Part shown: piece after piece, positions 38,580 to 49,548 of the stretch
How positions within the stretch are numbered: position 1 is the first letter of the stretch
How the letters are laid out: every line of letters begins with the position of its first letter
NCBI GenBank assembly: GCA_965235115.1
Contig: OZ249437.1
Span: forward strand, 46,810,001-46,874,000
Reading direction: 5' to 3'
DNA length: 64,000 nt
From: Laetmonice hystrix
Lineage: Eukaryota
The notes under the pieces: generated by a model
Told to the model about the DNA's origin: nothing
The model's database searches: none
Seen by the model: only the letters and a program-made list of their open reading frames with translations
Position numbers and translations under genes: made by a program

Positions 38580-39445
38580 CTGAAACATATACACAGTTCG
38601 ATATTGAGAGCTGGTGAGATTGTTATGTGTATGTCCTGTCGGTTACACGAGTCCAGCTCACTACAAACTCTGAATTAGGTGTCCCAGGACTGTGACAGGT
38701 TGGTGGTGGGCAGTGATACATCCCCTGTCATGTACTCAAGAGAGGAGCACATTGACACAACATAAATCATTTTACAGGATTTTTTTTTAACTGACAAAAA
38801 TCTTGTCTATATTGGAAACAACTTCCATTCAGTGAAACCAATTCCTGGACACAAACTTCTTATTACGAACACTGTTCTAGATTTCCCACATTAGACACAG
38901 ACTACAACTTTCCTTTCCCCGTGTATATTGCGGGGTTGCACATTGTGCTCGTCAGGCACCCTGCCAGAATATCATAAACGTATCAATGCGATCTCGGAGA
39001 TAACTGAGAATTTTAGGTGGCCATAGTTTTAATTGTCACCAGGCCGAGAGGTTGTAAAAAATGACCCTGTGATAAACACCATCCAGTGTTCTGTCATGTG
39101 TCATTGTCTGGTACCGAATTCATGGGACAGTTGTGGACCTCATGTAAACCTACTAATTCCAAACACTCTCTGAGGTTATTATTACTTTAAGAATTCAAAA
39201 GAAACCAACCCATAGAACCAAAGAAAAACATAAAATTGCAAACACGAAATCCCTTTCTGAAATAGTTCAACCCAAATGCCGCATAAAGAAACGAGCAAGG
39301 AAAGTGCAGGAAATTCAGTTTGAAAAATGCTCGAGAATTGTGATGACCTGCGCATTGATGGTTACAATAACTTATAAAAAAATATGTTCTGTTTAACCAA
39401 ATTTCGTGGTGAATTTCCTGGTAAAATATGTAAATGCTAGTTTAC

Positions 39446-39644
39446 CTGTGTGTAGTCGGTGGGCGACGGTCTCAACTCCTGGGGATGCTGTGGGAAGCAG
39501 TTGGTAAGTTTGTGTAGAAGGCACGGTTGTAGGTGGCGTGGCACCTAATGAGGACGCACTTGTCGTCGACATATAGCCATAGTAATAGGGGTTTGTGTAA
39601 GCTCCTTGGTTGTAACTGGCCGAGTATGCCGAGTAGTCTGTGGG
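39446..39644 (-). CDS. eya: eya exon 7: PTDYSAYSASYNQGAYTNPYYYGYMSTTSASSLGATPPTTVPSTQTYQLLPTASPGVETVAHRLHT; Tyr-rich conserved N-terminal block
   Basis: ctcgccag acceptor (alternative cacag 7 nt downstream), CAG|GTAAAC donor; DY..Y and TYQL resemble EYA1 DYPSY...ATYQL. Confidence 0.85.
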
Positions 39645-40223
39645 CTGGCGAGGAGAAGAATATGGTTAGCACTGACAGGTCGAGGTGGTCTGTCACAGAA
39701 AAGTCATCAATATCTACATGACCTTCACTGGCTCAATTCTATACTGCCTTCTGATTTCGGCGTTTAAAACTACAGCCAGTGGGGGTTTTTGTTTTTGTTT
39801 TGTTTTTGTACCGAACAATCAATCACGCCAATAGACGGTTAATTTGTTTCCGATGTAATAATATGATGACAACAACTTCACCGGTCAATTAGTACGTGGA
39901 CAATATATGGTTTCTAATCCTTGTCAATGGTGGTTTACTACTCATTTGTTCAGTGCGTAACACAGCACATCATTTGAGGGAAATTATGACGAGTTTCTCC
40001 AAAGGACGCCACTGACTGCGACTAATTATGGCCGAATCATCCACTGAATGTCCAACCATGACATAATCCCAATTAGTGAACAAAATCTTGACACTAATGA
40101 ACTCAATTTTTGTTCCAGGGGGGAATCAAAACATTCAATTAATAAGTAATACCACCTTTGGTTGCACTTGGTGCTGACAATACCAAACAGACAATGAGTT
40201 GAAAACAAAAGTGATTGTCGGTG

Positions 40224-40457
40224 GTCGTGGCCCACGTGCCCAGTGTCGAGTCGAGCTGGGGTAAATCATGTCAGAAATATAACGGACATTGGGAACGTCT
40301 CGGTCACAGTAGTGACTGTGTCGATAGTCGTGGCTCACGTGCCCAGTGTCGAGCTGGGGTAAAGCATGTCCGAAATGATCGTGGCTCACGTGCCCAGTGT
40401 CGAGTCGAGTCGGGGTAAATCATGTCCGGATTATAACGGACATTGGGAACGTCTCGA
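40224..40457. repeat. Three diverged partial copies of a 50-80 bp unit
   Basis: TCGTGGC(C/T)CACGTGCCCAGTGTCGAG...GGGGTAAA.CATGTC occurs three times; the first and last copies share ATAACGGACATTGGGAACGTCTCG. Confidence 0.8.
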
Positions 40458-40866
40458 GTATCAATGATATTCTGACGACAGGTTCCAAACGTCTCAAGTT
40501 ATCGTCACCACGGCTCACCCCCACCCTCCCTATACCGGCGTACATATCATATCTACACCCTACCACTATTCCTTTACAATCAATCTGCCCTACCTGAACA
40601 CCAGACCACTCCGACTGACTCAGTGCTGGGTGGGAGGGCGGGATGCCGGAGTGGCCGTGTAGAATGAGAGAATAGTGATTTGATTGATAGACTGTGCTGG
40701 GTGGAGCGAGAGGAGGCCGCCGTCTCTCATACACCTGATCTAACCCACAGCCTGCCCACTGCCACTTGGCAAGTTGACGTGTATTTCGATCCTCACCATC
40801 AGTTCACTGAGAGACCTCGCCTCGCGAGGCGGTAATCAAGGTAGACTTGTCACGGCCCACGCTTCC

Positions 40867-41478
40867 TCTTACAGTCACTTTCTCATTAATACTACTGGCC
40901 ATAGTTGAGCCACTCTTCCTGTCCACCCCTTCACATGATCACCACACCATTCCACATCCTATCTCCTCCCCATTCCCTATCTCCCCCGTCTTACAGTCAC
41001 TTTCTCATTAATACTACTGGCCATAGTTGAGCCACTCTTCCTGTCCACCCCTTCACATGATCACCACACCATTCCACATCCTATCTCCTCCCCATTCCCT
41101 ATCTCCCCCGTCTTACAGTCACTTTCTCATTAATACTACTGGCCATAGTTGAGCCACTCTTCCTGTCCACCCCTTCACATGATCACCACACCATTCCACA
41201 TCCTATCTCCTCCCCATTCCCTATCTCCCCCGTCTTACAGTCACTTTCTCATTACTACTACTGGCCATAGTTGAGCCACTCTTCCTGTCCACCCCTTCAC
41301 ATGATCACCACACCATTCCACATCCTATCTCCTCCCCATTCCCTATCTCCCCCGTCTTACAGTCACTTTCTCATTAATACTACTGGCCATAGTTGAGCCA
41401 CTCTTCCTGTCCACCCCTTCACATGATCACCACACCACTCCACATCCTATCTCCTCCCCATTCCCTATCTCCCCCCGT
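40867..41478. repeat. 122-bp tandem repeat, 5 near-identical copies
   Basis: Units start at 40867, 40989, 41111, 41233 and 41355, with only isolated substitutions. Confidence 0.97.
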
Positions 41479-41898
41479 CTCCCTGTCCCTGAGGTTCTAA
41501 CTGTGGCTAAGTACTGCGGCCTGTTCCGCTTCTCTTCACGTGCGACATCTCTTGGAAATGAGACAAGATGCTGGGGAGAATAATGCAAGTCAAGAACCAC
41601 AAACAAAATTATAATAATGAGAAGCTGGTCGAAGCTGAAAAAATCACAGTTGTATTCTTGCAAACACTCGACTGTATATTGTCCAACAGGCATTGGCCTC
41701 GGGAAGGAGGTACTAGTTGGTGGTGCCACCTGGGAGACAGGCGTCACAACACCGAGGGATTTGTCATTGTCTAGGGGAGGCATCACCTGGACGGCGGTCG
41801 TGAGCTGCCTACCGCCGCTGTGGCTGATCACACAATCAGCATGCGTGTGGTCAGGGACGACTTAGAAAGACGCCAAGTACCTCAGCTGGTCCCCATCG

Positions 41899-42347
41899 AT
41901 GGCCTCCGGCCTGTCCCAGTTCTATGGGCTCCAGCCTGTCCCAGTCATGGCCTCCACCCTGTCCCAGTCCCATGGGCTCCAGCCTGTCCCAGTCCCAGGG
42001 GCTCCAGCCTGTCCCAGTTCTATGGGCTCCAGCCTGTCCCAGTCATGGGCTCCACCCTGTCCCAGTCCCAGGGGCTCCAGCCTGTCCCAGTCCCAGGGGC
42101 TCCAGCCTGTCCCAGTCCTATGGACTCCACCCTGTCCCAGTCCCAGGGGCTCCACCCTGTCCCAGTCCCAGGGCTGTCCCAGTCCCACGGCCTCCACCCT
42201 GTCCCAGTCCCACGGCCTCCACCCTGTCCCAGTCCCATGGGCTCCACCCTGTCCCCGTCCCAGGGGTTCCAGCCTGTCCCAGTCCAATGGCCTCCACCCT
42301 GTCCCAGTCCCACGGCCTCCACCCTGTCCCAGTCCCACGGGCTCCAG
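41899..42347. repeat. 22-25 bp variant minisatellite
   Basis: Core CTCCA(G/C)CCTGTCCCAGTC; accounts for the overlapping repetitive ORFs at 41820-42590. Confidence 0.95.
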
Positions 42348-43163
42348 CCACACCCACAAGGTTACCCCATCCCGAGGCCAGTCAGACCTACACCATGACA
42401 AAGTTACCATGCCGTCAAGAACTGACTCTAGGATTCTAACCGGATGATAGGAGTATAATAATTTGTAGTGCTGGTCATTCCACGTAACTCCCGCCCCTAC
42501 TACACCACGCCCATCCCTTCCTGTCGGACTTGTCTGGCCTAACCCCAGCAGGATGTCTGACAGCTGATGACATAACCAATAATTACACATCTACCCTTAC
42601 ATGCCTCAACACAATGCTTACAGCACCCAGTCCACCTTCATGTAATTATCACAAGTTAAGAGTGAAGTCAACAAGAACCGGAAACCACTTCATCCTACCG
42701 TCCACCGTTTTTTTACTGCTTCTGACGTGAACACTGTAGACACAATGAAGACCACGCTCCAGCACTGTAAAATACTTGTTCACTGTATCTGTTTAATTGC
42801 TTACAACGGAATATCTCGGTTTGGTCTATTGTTCACAGTCACGTAGAGTGAAAGTCCGCTGAAAAACCTGACTAAGACAGGTATTGTTGGAGCTATATGT
42901 GTTGAGGTGTTTTCATGTCTGTCACTGAGCTAGGACTTGGGACCGATTGTCTCCTGACTTGTATCGGGATCGAGAGGGTGGTGTTAAAAGGTACAGTGTG
43001 AACCTTTGACGAGTGAGAGGGAGTTGGCCGAGTGTCGTCGTCCCTTTCACAGTCAGTATGTACCTGGGCCTGTTGTCAACATCACAGCTACGCATTAACA
43101 CAACCCAGCGTCTCCGCCCGAACAAAGGCCAGACGCCGAGTAAATTTCTCATTCAATATTTAC

Positions 43164-43225
43164 CTGCTGAGTGGAGTTGAACCCAGTTGAACTGGTAGCT
43201 GTGTTGGTGGAGGAAAAGCCAGCCC
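43164..43225 (-). CDS. eya: eya exon 6: (G)AGFSSTNTATSSTGFNSTQQ
   Basis: Long pyrimidine tract plus gcag, CAG|GTAAAT donor, 62 nt, phase 1 to 0; resembles EYA1 SSGFNSSQQ. Confidence 0.88.
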
Positions 43226-44160
43226 CTGCGAAGAAGCAAAAGGAAACGTACAACATTTAGTTTCGGCTCTGATACAACCCTGAAAACACAAATCTCCATT
43301 CAGCCGACAATAGGTAACATGCTGCGGGACAATACTGCGATCCTGGTATTGTTGGTGAGGAAACAACCGCCAGATGAAGACATAATGGATTGGGAGGGTA
43401 TGAGTGGAGATAGGCAATGGGTCGCCTTCAGTCTCCTCACTTAAACCCCACTCAACTCTATAAAGGCGCACTGTTTGAGAGACCCTTACTCTCCCTTTTT
43501 CATCCAGACCAGTTTGTTTAGGCCTTTGTATGGACTTGCCAGTATTAGGGCCAGTCGAAAGGTTGGCTGAATATTGCTAGCAATGGTGTGCCAATAGATA
43601 GGCTGATCTTCATGCTTAGCCAAGGTGGTCTTTCAAACGTAGTGTCCCCACCACTTCAACCTACATTTTCAGCCCCTCAAAGTTCACCTAGTGCAAACCC
43701 AATTCTAACTGAAGCTCTCATGTCCAGGAGCAATTACCTAAAATACATTGCAGTCAAAAAAGCAATTTACTTAGCAGTCGTTTCTCTCACCATTTAATCA
43801 ATTTGCTATCCGTACTCTGGGTGGGGCTGGAGCCGTATTACGGTTTCTTTCTATGACTATGACCTTCACGGTTAAATAAAGCACCATAACTCATCAATGA
43901 AGACTTAAACTCGCTGCACTACTGGAAGCAGAACTACAGCTAACAGTTCAAATACTGAACGGACCATTCGCATCCTTTCATCGCCTTTACCAGGACCTTC
44001 CACAAACCAGCCTCACATGTGTTTCAATTAAACACACTGGGTAGGTCAAGCTGGACGACAGTTCAGGCGGAAAGTAAAATATACTTCCACCTAGGCTATG
44101 ATTTAGATTATGAATTAGCAGGATGATAGGAAGGAGATGGGTCTATATTTTGGTACTTAC

Positions 44161-44262
44161 CATACGGGTACTGTCCTGTCTGGGCTGTATTAAACGTCGT
44201 ACCATAGGCACCGAGGTAGCTGCTTCCAACAGTCTGACCGTTACTTTGTTGTTTCAGTTTCA
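44161..44262 (-). CDS. eya: eya exon 5: (V)KLKQQSNGQTVGSSYLGAYGTTFNTAQTGQYPY(G)
   Basis: ttcacag acceptor, G|GTAAGT donor, 102 nt, phase 1 to 1; resembles EYA1 SYGTSFSTPQPGQAPY. Confidence 0.9.
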
Positions 44263-46384
44263 CTGTGAACACATAGAACACCCAATGGTTAATAAACACT
44301 ATTAAAACCACTATCATATTTTCAAATGCCAACATGATTAGGAAGTATGAGATTGACAAAAAATAGGACCTTGCCGTTTTCATGAAATATCCTTGTATTA
44401 AATAGGGTGGAAAGGAACACACGCTGATTAGCTTACATTGAAATAGTTCCTCTTCCAAAGTATAAGTAGAAAGACATAATTATTATTAAGCGTTTTGGAC
44501 CAGGGCTTCACGTGTTCTTGGGTAGAAACGTTTCACACCACAGGTAGGAAAGTCACCGTCTCTTTGATGTGCAGAAAGTCAGAAAATGATGGGAGCTCAA
44601 TTATTAGTGAGATACTGCCATCTAACGATTGGAGCAGGTGTGGCTAACGGGTGTGTAATGGCCGAATCCTGATCACCTGCCAACATTACAGTGAGTGGGC
44701 ACTGCCAACTGTCGGTCCACTCAGTCTGTAGGCAGGTTTGGTCTGGAGAATAAAGGGACAGCATAGGGCTGCTACAACAGGCGGTCTGCTTCAAAATCTC
44801 TTCTACAACAATGGCGGATAATTAGAGTGAGAATTTATCCCCGGCGGAACAGGTTGACTCAAGCCGCCCTGTGGACTGTCTCCGATTCAGACTTCAGTCG
44901 ATTTATTCGCCTGCTTCCAATATCTGACTGGTTCCGTGTGTGTGTGTGCATGTGTGTGTCTCTCTCTACCTGTGTTGTGACCTAAGCGCTCCTGTCTCCA
45001 AAAGCAATGCTTTCTGTTTCCATGTTAAACTTTCTCCTGGATCCACAGCGACTTTGAACTTCTTTGTGTTGGTATCACAAACATATGTAATCGTGCCAAA
45101 CACAAGCCAGTCGCTATGCCATCCCATGTGTAACTCGATCTACTCTGTTCCATGCACGCAATCAAACAAACATGCACATTATTTTATTGCATGTATACAT
45201 TATCAGCATCAAAGCGCACGGTAGCGGGACCACACACCAACAAGGAGCATGAAGTCAGTGTCGTCCCAATTAGACTGGATGAGGACAACATACAGACGTG
45301 GCGAGGTTTAACAGATCACAGCAGGTCTTGGTGATCACGTCCGGGATAAATTGACTTATCAGCAGGGACTTCAATTGGCCTCCTGCTCATCATGTTCTAC
45401 AGATATTTGTCTCCTTTCATGTTCTGTTCAACTACAATAGATCTACTCTGAATCTCGTTTTCCAATAATGAAGGTCTTAAAGTTAACCGGAAACATTTTA
45501 GCTGCGTATGTTTTCTCTGGGTCTTACAGACATTGGTTTTTCTTAGATATGACTGGCAATATTAACTTTTGAAACATGCCAAATATATTGCACTCTTTGA
45601 AACGTTAAAACCCTGACATTAAAGTCAAACGTGTATTTAAAATCTGCTGCATTGAATTAAGTAGATATTTCAGTTTCTAAATCTGAACTATCATATGCCA
45701 GAGTCAACCGAGTTATAATGTTGATCCGAAAATTTTGCTCTGATCTCACGTTTATGGGAGCTAACAGGATTGAAATCATATATTCATATGAAAAAGATGT
45801 CAGCCATTTTTACACTGCGAAAAGTCTCGAACAATCCAATCAGAACCTGATGTTTTCAGTTATCAATTACGCCGGAAATCGGTCTGTGATAGTTTTCTGA
45901 CGGGGCGTTCCTTTCATGCCGTCTCGCCATCACACCGTAGAAATAGGGCCCACATGAGGCCAAGGATCAATTTCCGCACACCCCCAGTGCTCCCCGACAT
46001 GGTCCCGTTTTTGACACACCGTGACCTGATATATACAACAGAGACGAGAAGAAAGAAGGAAGCTTTCAAAGACATTCTGATTCATATCCTTGTTAACCCT
46101 GATCAAGACAACAAGACCTCTTCAAAATTACATGATGAGTTTTTAGAACGCTAGGTGCCGTATAAAACAACAAACTGAACAGATCGATACGTCACGCCAA
46201 TCCTGCTCCATGGAGAACAAATGCCCTTATTGTCTGCAGTCTAAAGTTCCTCCCTCTCACCTCCTTAAAGTCTCCTCATCTATTGAGGCTAAAATACGGG
46301 GAATAACCTCGTCCTACTGGGCCGGCGGTCTACTACAGACTGCCATTGTTAGGTGGCAGGAGACTGACATGATTTCCAACTCAC

Positions 46385-46683
46385 CATCAGGCATCGGATA
46401 CGTCTGCTGGAGTACTCCATAGGGACTTTGACTCTGTGCGTAGAAGCCGGCATTCTGCATGCCGAACGAGGCGGCATTCTGGCCGCTGAGGGCCTGGTAG
46501 GCCTGCATGGTGGCGGTAGCTTGGTCGCCGGCCCCGCCGCCCGCGCTGCCGCCGCTACCGCTGCTGACGGTCGCCTGGCTAGTGGCGCCGGCGGTCGTGA
46601 TGGCACTGTTCTCTGTGACTGCCTGAGTGGTCACCGCCGGCAGCAGGCTCCCGTACGACTGCCGTGGTGAACTGCTCGAGTCA
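46385..46683 (-). CDS. eya: eya exon 4: (S)DSSSSPRQSYGSLLPAV...TMQAYQALSGQNAASFGMQNAGFYAQSQSPYGVLQQTYPMPD
   Basis: ggcag acceptor (weak pyrimidine tract), G|GTGAGT donor, 299 nt, phase 2 to 1; TMQAY..GMQ..PYG resembles EYA1 TMAAY..GMQQ..PYG. Confidence 0.88.
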
Positions 46684-48513
46684 CTGCCATCAAACATAAC
46701 ATCTTCATTAACATGGTACAGGTAATTCACAATGACAATCATCAACACACAGTCAGCAAAATCGGTGGCTTCCCGTGCCTCATACTAACATAGCTCTGTA
46801 GTAAGGAAGTAAATGAAAGCATTTAAACACACTACATTGGCATATCTAACCAAGGACTGCACATTTGACGATTGAAAAAGTCATTTTTCAAAATGGTTAA
46901 CATGGCACATATATATATGGAATCGTGAAATGACGCCACAATGGCCAGGAAGGAGGATGTTTTTATAATTGCCTGCCATAGTCCTCATGAATACTGACTG
47001 TGCATAAACGCTGCTGTTGTAGTCTAACGTACATTATGACAGGCGGGTCAGGCCATACATAAAGCCGAGATATTAGTAGATAAGAACAACGGCCCTGTCG
47101 GCCAGGACGGGGCTCGAAGCTGTATAATGTATTGATAGCAGGTTTCCTCGGTCGGTATGTATGAATGACGTGAATATGGCTCTTGTCCAACTAACACCGT
47201 GTGGTCCAATGTCCTTTGAGAAGGCGTCGACCTCCTAGCACGAGACCCGTCCGTATACCCCCCCCCCTCGTATTCTGACCCCTCCATCCGGGTACACGGT
47301 CACATGACACACCAACTGTACCCAGACAACCGGGTCTGGGAGCTGACCCTTAAACTGGTCACCACAAAATCAATCGGTAATACGTCACATTCTCAATCAG
47401 TAATACGTCACATTGCCAATCTATAATCGAGTAGTTATAACCAAGACGCTGGGGTTCAGGTGTGGGGTTTGGTCAGTGAACGCGTCACACCGCCCATTCA
47501 CATGGCACTCTACCCAATCCAACACTATAGTCAGTCCAACCTAATATTTCCTCGGCACTGCGACCACTCGGTGTATTTCAACAGTCCGAGTTGTCCCTCT
47601 GTGGCTGTGTCAAGGGAACCTTGCTCTCAGCCTTCTGCCCTGACAAAGGTTTACTTACCAATTACATACACGGAATACGAGTATTTGGAGTGTGGGAGTG
47701 CTGGGGTAGTCTTTATAAAACATGTGAAGTCTGGCACCTTGTCTTCCGATTTCTTTACACCATAACCCCTGGCATGATATGTGATATTTCTTTACCCTCA
47801 TGTTTCCCTACAAAGGGCCTTTCCCCAAAGGGAGAATATTTACCTAGAATGCTCTTCTTTCCAGCCTGACATCCATTTTCTGGAGACACAGACATAAAAA
47901 ACATATCCCCTTGAACGATGCACTTTATGATTTGGCAAGTTCTCCGATTTCCTGTGTTCTTGACCCTTTTGTTAACTGGCCTTTTCTAAATGAATCAAAA
48001 TTACTGATGTCTGTTTGTGAGACAATTGCTATCCTGGCAGCACTAGATAAGCTGCCTACGTTTAATAAATTTGGTGGATGGATTCTGACAAAGAAGACAC
48101 CGCTTATGACCAAGTGACATGCAAGACTTGAGTGTCGGAACTAAGAATAAAGTCTTTGAGAAATAGTTTTTTGTCTGATAAAACCCGTTAGCATGGACCT
48201 CTTTGTCGAAGGTCGCCGTCAAGCTAGCTTTGCCTGAGGCTGCGTGTATTTCATGCAGACTTCACACTGCCTCCGACTTGAGGTATATTCTCATCACCAT
48301 CACATAATCCACCGAGAATTCTACTGTCCGAATGGTATAAGTGAATGCCAGCCATCGAGTTCATTTATTTTAGTGACTTTAACCTAACTTCACGTCCTTG
48401 TCATAATTGTCGCTTGTTATGGAGTACGAAATCGGGAATCAACTTAACATGGTCTTACGATCTGGCATCTCAACAAAACATACACAACATGAAGAAATAA
48501 ATGAGGAACTCAC

Positions 48514-48580
48514 CTGTTAAAGTAGTTGGCTGTGTAAGACGGACTCTGGTAACTGTTTTCGGGAGTTTTACTTGGGTCAC
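48514..48580 (-). CDS. eya: eya exon 3: (G)DPSKTPENSYQSPSYTANYFN(S)
   Basis: tcttttcag acceptor, AG|GTGAGT donor, 67 nt; phases 1 and 2 fit both neighbours exactly. Confidence 0.82.
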
Positions 48581-49534
48581 CTGAAAAGACCAAGCAGTCA
48601 TTTGTTAGATGCATGAACTTGTGACACGCGCTGCACCAGTCATTGTCCTTGAGTCTTTCAAGCCGGCCAAGTTAGCCTTATTGTATGAAAACCATGCCGG
48701 GAGTGGGTACAGGCAGTCAGGGCAGCTGTTTCATACAAGCGCTATACTATAGATGAAGACTAGCAGAGCGGCGGCACTTGTCCACGGGAGTCGACTCCCC
48801 ACCCACCGTGTGGTAGTAGACCTGGCCTTGCCTGCCCTCCCCGACAGTCAGCCCGCCTCAGTCTCGGCGCATCCCAAGTACAGCGCCAGCAGCCAGCAGC
48901 ACTGCCTACACTGCCTGCCTGCCTGCCTGCAGCGTCGGCGGAGGCGGTGGGCGGAGCTGCCGTGAGCCGAGCGACGGTCGCGCCGGGCAGGCAGGGCGGG
49001 CGGGCAGGCGGGCGGGCGGTGGCTCGCTCCAGGCTGGTCTTGCCAAGTGAGGCTTCCACAACATCCCCGCCCGCCTCTCCCTGCTGTGTCAGCCCATCCG
49101 GCAAGGCCACTACTGATTTGTGCGCCACAGTGCATTAAAATTCACATTGTCTGCCTCATTGCACCGTGAATTGGCCTCATATAGGTCACCCATTATGGTT
49201 ACGCATGCACCAATGAAAGGGTGAAAAGGGAGAAGTCACACTGAACAGTTCTGAATGGTAATTTATTTAGGGGTACAAGAAAATAGTTGTACAAACAGAC
49301 GTTAGTCAGATTAGCAAGGAAAACATGCTCCGAGTCCCACAAAAAGATCGCGTTGGTATTTGCAGCATACTGGTACAACTTTTCATACATCATTCAGCAC
49401 ATCTCTAACCTCGAATAAAATATACTAATACTCCCATCAGATTCAGTTATCGTTCAAAAATAAGCCTTGAGGAGACATTGGAATAGAATGTCTAGCTTGC
49501 ATGATACAGCCCTAAGCTACTCAGAAAACAATGG

Positions 49535-49548
49535 CTGCCATCTACCGA
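49535..49548 (-). promoter_or_regulatory. CTCF-like motif
   Basis: Minus strand TCGGTAGATGGCAG, close to CCRSYAGRKGGCRS. Confidence 0.28.
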
